From: Octopus vulgaris
Taxonomy: Eukaryota
Reading direction: 5' to 3'
Length of the DNA: 64,000 bases
Assembly: GCA_951406725.2 (NCBI GenBank)
Contig: OX597818.1
Span: forward strand, 80,166,001 to 80,230,000
Positions 27,250 through 40,306 of the stretch are shown piece by piece. How positions within the stretch are numbered: the stretch's first letter is position 1; the number at the start of each line of letters is the position of its first letter. The notes under the pieces are model-generated. The model ran no database searches, was not told the origin of the DNA, and saw nothing but the letters and a program-made list of their open reading frames with translations. The translations under genes were made by a program, and so were the position numbers.

Positions 27250-29869
27250 TATATATATATATATATACACATACAGAGAGAGAGAGAGATGAAGATGTAT
27301 AACAGTTGTAACTTCCCATGCAGGATTCATATGTTGTGCCTGCTGTAGCCTCCACTTTTTTTCCATTATTCAGCACAACTTCCTTCTTAATTATATGTTA
27401 ATATTTCTCTATATATCAGCATTAGAGTATTAGTTTTGTTTACCTTGATGTTAATTATAGCAAACAACATAAAATTTTACTGTCTTTTATACTGAGTATA
27501 TTCTAGTAATTTAACAGCTATAAGTAAACTCCTATAGAACTTGGCCAGCCAAAATCGCAGCATGGTTCCTGTTTCTAGTGGAGGCATTTTTACCTCCTTT
27601 ATGTCATAAAAGCTGTTGAAGAGTGTCATCAAATCACAAATACCTGTTGTTTCCCCCTTAGAATTTAGGCAAGTGTTTTTCAATTGTGTTCCGTATGACC
27701 CTTGAGGTTTCATATAAGATTTTGTTGTTAACATTTATGTGCAGTAAATGTACAATACATTAAATATTTTAACAATTTTTTTAATGCAATTCCTAATAAT
27801 ATTTTCTAGAAATATAATATGATTTTTTTTTTTAAACTTCAAATGGCTCTGGGGGTTCATCCAAGTAAAACAGGAATCGAAAGGGCCCATAGGTAAAAAA
27901 TGGTTGAGAACCCCTGATCTAGGCCTTTATGTCTACTAATCCTTTCGCCACCATATTTCGATTGAAATACACTGACTTCATTTCAATCAGTTTTTTTTTT
28001 TTTAAATAATGAGGAAAATTAATAAAATACCTTTGTCATTATTGAACTGGTGTTTGGAACATAAATTAACATGGAATTTTTAAAAGAAGGTGTTAATTTA
28101 TACCACTGTACAACAGGAAATTTGTATCATAGAACCAAGGAAAGTCTCTAGCAGGTCAGTTTCAGAAGGATAACATAAAAAACATGCACAGCTTAACCGT
28201 TTGTTAGAATATTTCTATTGAAATATACTGTCTTCATTTCAATTCATTTTGAAAATAATGAAGAATTTAATAAAATAAATTTATCATTATTAACCCTTTT
28301 GTTACTGTATTTCTTTTGAAATACACTACCCTTGTTTCAGTTAATTTTTGAAATAATGAAGGAATTAATAAAATAACTTTCATTATTAAGCTGGTGTTTT
28401 GAACATAACATTAATTTATTTAAAAACAGGAAATTTAAACCAAAGAACCAGGAACAGTCATGGAAGGAAGGTATCAAAGGGATTAAAAATGAAACCTCTA
28501 AATGCATTTTATCAGATATTTGCAATAATTTTTTTTAGATGAATGTTTCATTTTATGCTAGCATAGACTGCAAAATTTCTACTGTTTACAAATCTAGATT
28601 TTTTTTTTCTGGTACAAACATATTTTACACCCAACTTTTATGCTGGCATGGGTTGGGCAATTTGACTGAATATGGCAAGTTAGAGTGCTGTGTTATGCTC
28701 CAATGTCTCAGTTTTGACTTGGTTTCTATAGCTGGATGCCCTTCTCAATGCAAACTACCAAGTGTACTGTCATTGGAGCAGATGTAGCTGTATGGTTAAG
28801 AAGTTTGTTTCCCACCCACATGATTTCAGGTTCAGTCTCTGCATGACACCTTGGGTAAGTGTCTTCTAATGTAGCTCCAGGCAGACCAAAGCCTTATGAG
28901 TGGATTTGGTAGTCAGAAGCTAAAAGAAGTCCATCATGGTGACCTCAACCTCATTAGTGCTAGTTGTATTAGAAATGTACCCAGGACACTCTGTAAAGTG
29001 ACTGGCATTTGGGAAGGCATCCAGTCAGAGAAACCATGCCAAGGGGAACATTGGAACTCAAGACAACCCTATTGCTTGCTGGCCCCTGTCAAACCATCTA
29101 ACCTACACCAGCATGAAAAATGGATGTTAAACTATAATAACGATATAATAACGATGACGATATATATGGATATGTATGTACATGGGTATGTGTGTATTAA
29201 TATCTCTGTCTTGATGTGCATGATAGTTATAAACTAGTGGCACCATCATACAAGAAGCATCCTTCATTTCCAACAGTCTGTGAAAATATGTCTGTCCATG
29301 GGAAGGATTACCTTACTTTGGTAACAGGAAGGGTATCCAACTGTAGAAAATGTGCTTCAACCATTTCTATCTGACCAATATAAGCATGGAACCCTTTAGC
29401 ATTTAATCCAGCCCAAATATTTTACTTGTTTTATGCTAAAATTGACCAGATCCAACCTCCCATACCTATCCTACAATGTCATTCTAAAAGTATACAAACG
29501 CACCATTGAAATCTTGAAGCTACAAGGTAATGCATTAATGCAAAACAATGGGAATAAATGAGTAATACATTTGACAAAGAGATCTGAATGCTAAAACCAG
29601 CACCAGTGAGGTCACCTTGTAACTGGTAAGGCTGAAGAACCACCACAACTTAATATAAGAGGAATAGGTGAAGTATGATGAAAGGAACAGTTTTATTGTT
29701 GTAAAAGGCTGGTAGTGGAGTGAGTAACAAAGTAAATACTGTTAAGAGAGGAGTATGGACCAGGAGTTAGAAGGCAATGAGCTGGTAGAATCATTTGCAT
29801 GCTGGGAAAAATGCTTAGCAACATTTTGTCTGTCTTTACATTTTGAGTTCAAATTCCAATGAGATCAAC

Positions 29870-30660
29870 ATGGACAGCTGCAACAGAGACTATGAATCCA
29901 TGACCAAGAAGAAAGGGACACAATAGGCATTCTGGCTTTCTCTACACCAGAATTAATTCAACAATGCCAGACACGGTGATGGAAGATCTAAGCAAGGGAA
30001 TCTGGGTTTTGTCAAGAGAGACAGATGTTAGAGTCACCACCATGGAGCTGGACTTGAGTGAGGACTTTCGCTGCCATTCTATACAAGAGGTGCAAGGGAC
30101 GAATTCTGACAGCCAAAGTCAAAAAGAACTGTTTGATAAAGACAAACCAGCTCTTGAACAAGCTGAGGCATCCTGTTGAGCCAGGAATTCTCTGGATCTT
30201 CTCAGATAAAAAAAAATTCTGCCAAGACCAGTTGCACAACACCTAGAACTGTTGGTTTGCCTATAATCCATGTGATATTCTGCATATCATAAAAACCAAG
30301 TTCCTCCCAGTAGCAGTGGTCTCAAGGTGTGTGTCTTCAGTGAGTGTGATATTATGATGCCCCACTTCTTTGGACAGAGCCTTAGGTTCTGTTCAGATGG
30401 CTATGCAAAGCTGCTGGAGACTGTGACTGGAAATAATTGCTTTTGGAATGCCATATGTGTGGCCGCAGGATTTGGTTTCTTGTCATATCTACAACTTCAC
30501 TGACCCCAATTTCTGGCCTCCTAATTCCCCCAATTGTAATCCCATTGATTAACATGTGTGGAGCATGGCTGAGAAAAACATTAACTGCTCTGCTTGAAAC
30601 ACTAAGGCCAAGATCAAGGAGGTGTTCAAAGATATTCCCAGGGACACAGTAAATCATACT
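29870..30660 (+). mobile_element. Decayed Tc1/mariner-superfamily (maT-like) transposase remnant
   Basis: IFSDKKKF and FWPPNSPNCNPID motifs, multiple frameshifts. Confidence 0.65.
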
Positions 30661-30664
30661 CTCT

Positions 30665-30883
30665 CTCTCTTTTTACTCTTTTACTTGTTTCAATCATGTG
30701 ACTGTGGCCAAGCTGGAGCACCGCCTTTAGTCAAGCAAATCGACTCCAGGACTTATTCTTTGTAAGCCTAGTATGTATTCTATCAGTCTCTTTTGCCGAA
30801 CCACTAAGTTATAGGGACATAAACACACCAGCATCGATCGTTAAGCAATGTTGGGTGGGACAAACTCAGACACACAAACATAT

Positions 30884-30919
<36 letters not shown>

Positions 30920-31070
30920 ATATATACGACAAGCTTCTTTCAGTTTTCATCTACCAAATCCACTCACTAGGCTTTGGTCGGCCCGAGGCTATAGTAGAAG
31001 ATGTGGGACTGAACCCGGAACCATGTGGTTCGTAAGCAAGCTACTTACCACACAGCTACTCCTACGCCTA
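30665..31070 (-). mobile_element. CORE-like SINE
   Basis: Reverse complement of the 36229 family. Other minus copies near 34520-34900, 40755-41230 and 44525-44780. Confidence 0.8.
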
Positions 31071-31075
31071 TATAC

Positions 31076-31139
<64 letters not shown>

Positions 31140-31655
31140 GTCTCCCACACAGTTTTTATCAACAAAATTCATTTACAAAGAATACTTTGGTTTGAAGCTA
31201 TAGGAAAAGACACTTATCCAAGGTGCTGAGTGGTAGCACATTGGTACATTGTACATTGGAGTGTATCAATGTACAACTAGCAAGAACAGCATGCCAAAGA
31301 GAACTCATTATCTCTAGTAGGATATCCTTTTCTACACCAAGGACCTGAAGTGACACAGCCTGCACTGATTAATGCAACACAACCAGATGCACAATATCCT
31401 ATCCCTAAGGGACAGCTGCACGATGGATTGAAATAATCGTTGTGCTGAATAAAGATTTATACTAAGTTCATCTTCTGTTTCCTTCGTCAATTATAAACTC
31501 AACAAAGGCTGCAGATTTCCAGGCATAAATCCAGTGAAAATTATATCGTAACTATGGATGACATCAGGTAGGCTAAATGGTAAATGTGCTTTAATCGACA
31601 TACCAAGAGACATATACCCAAAGTCCGAGTAGTTACATATTCTGTAGAATATATA

Positions 31656-31886
31656 CCGTAAAGCCTTGAGTAGAGTCCGCCCATGAGTATAATACGCAGG
31701 GGAAAGGTATTTTCGCGCCCGACATCACAAAATGCGTCTGAATAAACATTGCCGGACAGCAAATAGAGACTCGGACATTGCTTAGAAAATATCTTTCATT
31801 CTTAACCTTGTATATAGTACGCACTAGGGATTTTGACCTTTAAATTTTGGGGGGAAAAAATGCGGATTATACTAGAGGATTTACGG
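31656..31886. mobile_element. pogo/Tc1-type MITE
   Basis: TA|CCGTAAA...GAGTAGAGTCCGC and GCGGATTATACTAGAGGATTTACGG|TA imperfect TIRs. Confidence 0.7.
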
Positions 31887-33060
31887 TATATTCTACAGAA
31901 AATAAAGGAATTCTCGAATGCCCAATGGTTGTGAAAACAACTTAGAAAATCAGGTAAGTACCCTTTAAGAAGGAGAGAAAAGTGGCCAATGAGCCTCTAT
32001 AGAGACTTGAGCCCTGTACCTCCTAAATTTCGACTGAGCCCTCTGTATCATTAAGCTAAGAGATCACTTTTTATAATTCTTTCTACTTTAGGCACAAGGC
32101 CTGGAATTTGAGGGGACGGGAATAGTCAATTACATCGACTCCACTACCTGTTGGTACTTAATTTATTAACCCCGAAAGGATGAAAGGCAAAGTCGACCTC
32201 GGTTTAATTTGATCTCAGAACGTAAACGCGGACGAAATGCATTTTGTCCGGCGTACTAACGATTCTACCAGCTCATCGCCTTTATATCTTTTTATAATGC
32301 GAAGTAATAGCTTTTGAAATGTGAGAATATTTTGTAAACAAATTTATAAGCGCCGAGTGTGTCGGTATTTTTTTTTAAATTTAAGGAATTCTCGAACGCA
32401 GGATGGCTGTGAAGACAGCTTAGAAAATTGGGTAAATACTCCTTAGAGGACAGGAAAAGTAACCAGTAAGCTTCTACAGGGAATCCAGCCCTGTAACTCT
32501 GAAATTCCGGTGGAGATCTCTGTCCCATTAAGCTAAGAGATCCCTGACAACATGGTTGAAATAACTTGAAACTAAATATTTTTTAACCAAATTCAATACA
32601 GGAATAAATTAATTACCTCCCTTGTATCATACAGTTATCTCCCTTACATCATAGACGTTCACTACTGAATGTCATCGGTGCTATGATTTTTACATTGTTC
32701 GTGGAAATATGTAAGTCATTTGTAATCCATTGTTGAGAATCCCTAGCGACAAAACCAAGTTCTGAGTATTGTTAATGTTGTACTAAAACAGTGGCGGCTG
32801 AAGTTCAACACGATGTTGTACCCATAAAGAAAGTAAAAGAACAAAACAGAAGTGTAAAGAAAAGAAAGATGATATTCAGACATTCACATGGTGCTCCATG
32901 GCAGTGATGTGCTGGTAGATTTGAAGATAACACTCTTATTCGCAAGCTATGCTGCACGTTGACCTGATTTGACTAGAAAAAGTTCAGATTGTTGAGTCGA
33001 CCGTGCCTTGGGAAGATAAGATGATATTATGGAGTAAGCACTTGAATGAATAGTCTGAAA

Positions 33061-33348
33061 CAGTGTTTCTCAACCATTTCTTTTTTACCTATGGGTCTCT
33101 TTGATTCCTATTTTACTCAGATGGACCCACCTAGCCATGTGATGTTTAAAAAATCCTATTATATTTTTATAATCTAATATTGTTAGGAATTATATCAACA
33201 ATTATTAAAATATTAGGAATGATATAAAACAATTATTAAAATATTTTGTGCACTGTAAAAATATAACGAATTTATTGGAGATAAACTTTAACAGCGAAAT
33301 TTTCTATGGAACACCAAGTACCATATGGATCCTGGTAGAGAACCACTG
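33061..33348. mobile_element. hAT-type MITE
   Basis: TIRs CAGTGTTTCTCAACC / GGTAGAGAACCACTG; 8-bp flanks GTCTGAAA / GTCTAAAA. Related copies near 8295-8530 and 27665-27915. Confidence 0.8.
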
Positions 33349-36228
33349 GTCTAAAATATCAAGGGTTTAAAAAAGCGCATAATGGGTTATTTGTAATATT
33401 AATGAAAATTGTTTAATGGGTGAAAACCCAGGTTCAGCTTTTTTACAAACAAGGTTGATTCTTTCAATCTTAATATAAAAACAAACACAAGTATTATAAT
33501 GATGATAATTATTATTACATTTATACACTATTCAAATCAGATAAATCTTATAATTGGAATGTAATGTTTCCAATGACTGATTGGAAAAATTTTTTTCCAA
33601 TCAGTCCAAAAATGTTTCTCCACTCATTCGTTCTGGTGAAGTTTTTCAGGACACTGTTCAAAGTATTTTCATTGCCTCCCAAAAATTTTAGGGAGGTGCA
33701 CTTATACCCATGGCACCCCTGTTCCCAAGCTTGTGAGAAAGCATGAGGTATGAAGATGGTGGTGTACAGTGCTTCTAGGAGACAAGGAATGTTTTGGGTC
33801 TCTGACAAAATCCATTATGGCCTACATAGCTGGCATTAGACTTAGGAATCACAGCAAAGCAATGACTTGTAAGATGGAGAAGAAGAATGAAGAAAATATT
33901 TCATCATGGATGATGTCGATGTAGGCGAGAAAAAGACCAAAAAACAAATTTTCAGTAATGCTTCTCTTCTAATTGATATTTTTCTATGCTGCTTACTGTC
34001 ATGCAAGCTTTTTATGCCTGTCTCTTAGTTTTTATGGCTATTTTTGCAGTGTTATTCCACTACCAAATCACAGAACCTTGACAGTTGACCTCAGCAAGTT
34101 GTCTTTTAGAAGCACACATGTAATAATAAGTCTCTATCACTTTTCTTTCATAAACATCATTTAGAACTTGCTTGAATTCAAGATTAGCTGATAGATAAAG
34201 TAAATTATGGGTTGTTGTTCTTCTTCTGTGTTTATTATGGGTGCGGTGTCTAAAGCAACCAAGTAGGTTTTGAGTTGGGTTATTTGTAATATTAATCAAG
34301 GAAGACTTGTAAAGTGGCTATATACAAGATATAATAATGTAATATTTGCCTGAAAATTTGAACTCCATCAGGTTCTGATGCTCTATAGCAGGCTTGTGAA
34401 ATTAAACACCTTCCAATCTCCATTCCAGAGATTTCTTCCTATTCTAATTGCCTGATTTACTTGAACTATTATTCCATAACAGTTTATAAGAAAATTTTTT
34501 CTCTCTTAACTCTTTAAACCTTATCTTTTACTTGTTTCAGTCATTAGACTACAGCCATGCTGGAGCACTGCTTTGAAGAATCTGTTAGTCAAATGAATCA
34601 ATCCCAGCACTTATATTTCTAAGTCCTGGTATTTATTTCATTGGTCTCTTTTACTGAGCTGTTTGGTTACATGGACATAAATACACCAGCACTACTTGTT
34701 AAGTCGTGGGGGTAAGGACAAACACAGATACATATGCATAGATATATACACACATATATATATATACACACTCACAACGGACTTCTTTTAGTTTCCGTCT
34801 ACCAAATCCACTCACAAGGCTTTGGTTAGCCATGCAGAGGGCCGGAACCTGGAACCATGTGGTCAAGAAGCAATCTTTTTACCACACAGCCACACCTGTG
34901 CCTTTATGATTTATTTATCCTTGGAAGCCGTTCAGTCCAAATAAGAGGATAAGCTGTCTACCCTCTTTTCTTAATTCAGATTTTAAAAGCATTTGGTTAC
35001 AATCACCTCCTAATGATCCAATTTAAAACAAATTTCTAAAAAATCTTCAGTAGTAACTATACAATAAATACTGCTTAATATACTGTTAAGATAAATTCAC
35101 TCATTTAAGAATGCGAATTTCTTTTTATGCAAAGTTTTTTTCTTTCAGTCACCAGCCTTCACCAGAGATATCAACAGTACTACAACATCTTATTAGAATC
35201 ATCTTTTATAGAAATTAACTTCATTTGAAACTGTAGCTGTTTTTAACTTGGAATATTATTGCATAATGCGATGGACTATACAATAACTACTATTCAATAT
35301 ACTGTAAAGATAAATTTTTTCATTTCAAAATATAATGAACTTTTTTACACAATAAGATTTTTTTTCCTCTTTTGGTCACTACCATCACCAAAGATATTTA
35401 TTAGTACCATGGTATTTTATTAGAATTACCTTTTATAGAAACTAAGCCTTTACCCGTCACTAGGCTGCTGGTAAAAATATTTAACCATTCACATACTTTC
35501 TTTTAAAAGAGAAGCAGATCTCCAGCTGTCTGTCTGCCACAACATCTATTAGAGGGAAGTAAAGAAAGGGAGGAATCAAAATATACATCATAACTTATGT
35601 TTAGAAATAATAATAATAATTAACAGCAGTAATAATAATTCTTTCTTTTATAGGCACAAGGCCTGTATTTGGGGGCAATAATAACAAAATTGATGATAAT
35701 ACTAATCAGAGTAATACTAATCAGCAATTGTGGAGGGAATCTGACTTTCAAAACTATGCAGAAGTTCAAATTTGGAAAAGCTTTTCCACTAAAATATATA
35801 TTCTTTTTATGGTTTTACTTGTTTCAATCATTGGACTGCAGCCATGTCAACCCCAGTGTTTCATTGGTACTTATTTTATTGACCCTGAAAAGATAAAAGG
35901 CAAAGTTGATCTCGACAGAAATTGAACTCAGAATGTAGCAACGGATGAAATGCCACAAAGTATTTTGCCCAGTGTGCTAACAATTCTGCCAGCTCACTAC
36001 CTTCAGCAATGATAATAATAATCCTTTCTACAAAAGGCACAAGGCCTGAAATTTTGTGGGAGGGGATAAGTTAATTACACCAACCTCAGTACTCAACTGG
36101 TACTTATTTTATTGACCCCGATAGGATGAAAGGTAAAGTCAACCTCAGCGGAATTTGAACTCAGAACATAAAGATGGACAAAATGCTGCTAAGCATTTTA
36201 AGCCCAGTATACTAACTGGGCTTAACTA

Positions 36229-36620
36229 GGCACAGTAGTGGCTCTGTAGTAAGTAGCTTGCTTACTAACCACAAGGTTCTGGGTTCAGTCCCACTGTGTG
36301 GCACCTTGGGCAAGTGTCTTCTACTATAGCCTCAGGCCGATCAAAACCTTGTGAGTGGATTTGGTAGATGGAAACTGAAAGAAGCCCATTGTATATATGT
36401 ATGTGTGTGTATATGTTTGTGTGTCTGTGTTTGTTCCTCCCAACATCGCTTGACAATCGATGCTGGTGTGTTTACGTTCCCTGAAAATTAGCAGTTCGGC
36501 AAAAAGAGACCGATAGAATAAGTACTAGGCTTACAAAGAATAAGTCCTGGGGTTGATTTGCTTGACTAAAGACGGCGCTCCAGCATGGCCGCAGTCAAAT
36601 TACTGAAACAAGTAAAAGAG
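36229..36620 (+). mobile_element. Full-length CORE-like tRNA SINE
   Basis: tRNA-like head, CTTGGGCAAGTG core, internal microsatellite, conserved tail ...GAAACAAGTAAAAGAG. Confidence 0.85.
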
Positions 36621-37675
36621 TGTCGATTTTGCCAGCTCACTGCCTTCAGCAATAATAACAAAATTGATGATAATACTAATCAGAGTAAATCTGTGGAGGG
36701 AATCTGACTTTCAAAACTATGCAGAAGTTCAAATTTGGAAAAGCTTTTCCACTAAAATATATATTCTTTTTATGGTTTTACTTGTTTCAATCATTGGACA
36801 GCAGCCATGCTGGGGCACTGCCTTGAAGGGTTTAGTTGAACAAATTGACACCAGCAATTTTTTAAGCCTAATATTTATTCTATCAGTGTCTTTTTGCTGA
36901 ACCACAAAGTTGTCAAGCAGTGGCGGGGGGAGGGGAATGAAGACATACATACATAAATAACTACATACATCATCATCATTTAAAGTCCATTTTTCCATGT
37001 TGGCATGGGTCAGATTGTTTGACCAGAGCTGATAAGGCCAGGGGCTGCACCAGGCGCCATTGTCTGTTCTGGCATGGTTTCTACAGTTGGATGCCTTCCT
37101 AATGCCAACCACTCCACAGAGTGCACTGGGTGCTTTTTATGTGGCACTAACGCCAGTGCTTTTAACATGACACCAGCATGAGTGCTTTTTTATACATATA
37201 TGAATATATACTAAATCCACTCACAAGGCTTTGGTTGGACCAAGGCTACAGAAAAAGACACTTAATCAAGGTACCACATAGGGGGATTGAGCCTAAAATA
37301 AAATGGTTAGGAAGCAAACATTTTAATCACACAACCATGCCTGTGCCTATGGATATTTACAAAGATTTCACCATCTTATTCCCAAAAAGTCCATTTCTTT
37401 TATATGATATATTATTTGAGAAGTACAAGATATTTGGACAATCCTTTCAAAGTACTGTTTGTTTATTTAATAAATATATCAAGCCAATTTCTGCTCTCAT
37501 TTTACTGTATTTATGCATTTATCTTCAATGTTTGGTGAGAGTAAATTCTGTAAATTATTAATGTAACAGATAGTTGGAGATCCACTAAAGATAAATTTCT
37601 GCCTGTTAGAGCAGAGAGCAAACAGAATAAATATTTTATCTTTTATCTTCTATTTTTTACTAGCTTTAGTCATTA

Positions 37676-37837
37676 GGCGCAGGAGTGGCTGTGTGGTAAT
37701 TAGCTTGCTTACCGACCACATGGTTCCGGGTTCAGTCCCACTGTGGGGCACCTTGGGCAAGTGTCTTCTACTATAGCCAACCAAAGCCTTGTGAGTGGAT
37801 TTGGTAGACGGAAACTGAAAGAAGCCCATCGTATATA

Positions 37838-37883
<46 letters not shown>

Positions 37884-39170
37884 TTTTGTCTCATTTGGTC
37901 TAAAGTCGTATGACAACCACCGTTATATATATTTTGTTTATTCATTACTGTTTTCAATTTCGTTTTCGTCTTGTGTGTTCACATTCCTGTCTTCTACCAA
38001 GAAATCTAATGCTTACAGCTTAGTTTTTTTTTCTTGGGGCTGGCCGAGTTGGAGCAAATATCAGAATTGAACAGCCGAAATTTGCTATGATGATTCAGTG
38101 TCTGACTGAAGATTGAAGGCTTCGAATGATTTGTCTGTGTTCCGTGTTCGTCCCTTCCTGTATTTCACGTTCATTATATATAAAAACATTTATTCTTATA
38201 TTATTGCGGCGTTACGTGCACCCCCCGTTTGTTTGTCCAATTTTAAACCCTGCACGACTTCTATACACACTGTCTTTCCTACCCGCCATTGCTTCTTCAC
38301 CAAACTATTTTGGCGCCCTCCGATTCGTCCCCCTCTTCCTCCCATCCTCCTCCCCTCTTCCTCCCATCCTCCTTAATCCCTTCTTTCTCCTTTTCTCTTG
38401 GTCACTGATTCTGTCCCCTGCCTTCCACCCTCTTTGATTCCCTCTCTCTCTGTCTCTCTTTCTCTCTCTCTCCTGCAACCTGCTGCTTCTTAACCATTCT
38501 GTTGGCCATCGTATCTCGACCAACATGTGTCCCCGCTACCGAAACGGTAATTATTTCTACGCCAGCTGCTATGTTGTTGTTGTTTTTGTCTCATTTGGTC
38601 TAAAGTCGTATGACAACCACCGTTATATATATTTTGTTTATTCATTACTGTTTTCAATTTCGTTTTCGTCTCTTGTATTTACATCCGTCTTGTGCGTTCA
38701 CGTTCCTGTCTTCTACCAAGAAATCTAATGCTTACAGCTTAGTTTTTTTTTCTTGGGGCTGGCCGAGTTGGAGCAAATATCAGAATTGAACAGCCGAAAT
38801 TTGCTATGATGATTCGGTGTCTGACTGAAGATTGAAGGCTTCGAATGATTTGTCTGTGTTCCGTGTTCGTCCCTTCCTGTATTTCACGTTCATTATATAT
38901 AAAAACATTTATTCTTATATATATATATATATATATATATATGAGTGTGTGTGTATATGTTTGTGTGTCTATGTTTGTCCCCCCAACATTGGTTGACAAC
39001 TGATGCTGGTGTGTTTACATCCCCGTAACTTAGCAGTTTGGCAAGAGAGACCAATAGAATAAGTACTAGGCTTACAAAGAATAAGTCCTGGGCTCAGTTT
39101 GCTCAACTACAGGCAGTGCTCCAGCATGGCCGCAGTCAAATGACTGAAACAAGTAAAATAGTAAATAGTA
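37676..39170 (+). mobile_element. CORE-like SINE split by a 1-kb insertion in its internal (TA)n
   Basis: Head 37676-37836 and tail about 38940-39170 are collinear with the 36229 copy. Confidence 0.85.
37871..38920. mobile_element. Non-coding element with about 330-350-bp direct terminal repeats (pLTR- or TRIM-like)
   Basis: 37871-38201 and 38571-38920 are almost identical apart from a 19-bp indel; about 370-bp pyrimidine-rich interior. Confidence 0.75.
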
Positions 39171-39259
39171 GTAAAAATAGACTGCAGCCATGCTGATGCA
39201 ATGCACAGCTCTGAGGTCAAATATTATATCAGACTTGTTTGCTGAACCACTAAGTTACT

Positions 39260-39465
39260 TTACTCTTTTACTTGTTTCAGTCATTTGACTGCGGCCATGC
39301 TGGAGCACCGCCTTTAGTTTAGCAAATCGACCCCAGGAGTTATTTTTTGGAAGCCTAGTACTTATTTTATTTGTCTCTTTTGCCGAGCCGCTAAGTTACG
39401 GGGATGTAAACACACCAGCATCAGTTGTCAACCAATGTTGGGGGAACAAACACACACACACACAA

Positions 39466-39496
<31 letters not shown>

Positions 39497-39662
39497 CATA
39501 TATACGACAGGCTTCTTTCAGTTTCCGTCTACCAAATCCACTCACAAGGCTTTGGTCAGCCCGAGGCTATAGTAGAAGACACTTGCCCAAGGTGCCATGC
39601 AGTGAGACTGAACCCAGAACCATGTGGTCGGTAAGCAAGCTACTTACCACACAGCCACTCCT
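39260..39662 (-). mobile_element. CORE-like SINE, tail-to-tail with the preceding copy
   Basis: Reverse complement of the 36229 family. Confidence 0.85.
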
Positions 39663-39901
39663 GGTTCAAATGTAATGCATAGTTGGTTTCAAACTTTGGC
39701 ACCAGACCAGCAATATCGGGGGAGAGGCTCAATCAATTACATCGGTCCCAGCATTCAACTGGTATTTATCTTATTGACCCTGGAAGGATGACATGCAAAG
39801 TCAAGCTCAGCGGAATTTGAACTCAGAATGTAAAGATAAATGAAATGATGCTAAGCATTTTGCCCTGTGAGCTAATGATTCTGCCAGCTCGCCACCTTAA
39901 A

Positions 39902-40306
39902 TCTATACATATAAAGCTGAAGTTGTCTATGTGTGTGTGTGGCAGGTTTGGTAGCCTTCAACTAACACTATCTCCTCCGAGACCCTGCGACGCAAGTTGA
40001 CCAAAATTGAGAATATGACAGAAGAAGGCTTGCTCTTCATTCCGTAGAATGAAGAGCAAATTCAAATCAGACCATGTTAAGACCAAAAATTATTTACATC
40101 AAAAGGTGCTTTTTTTCTATGAAAATCCCTATTTTTTACGATATTTTGACCGCTGTGTCACCATTTTTCAGTGTATCTCAACCAGAAAGATGTTCACTTA
40201 AAGAGAATAACAAGCTACATAAGGCAAAACTTTTACTTTTCAAAACTACCAATTCTAAAGGGTTGAAAAGAAAACAAACCTGAGCAACGCCAGGCTATAC
40301 TGCTAG
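39902..40306 (+). mobile_element. Non-autonomous Helitron
   Basis: A|TC 5' end, subterminal hairpin CCTGAGCAACGCCAGG, CTAG|T 3' end, no TSD. Confidence 0.8.

Noticed and set aside
27940-28480. Three imperfect repeats of a 130-190-bp unit
   Set aside because: Look like clustered fragments of a piggyBac-type MITE; no further structure seen.
38300-38320. TGGCGCCC primer-binding-site-like motif
   Set aside because: About 110 bp from the repeat end, with only a short match; not evidence of an LTR retrotransposon.
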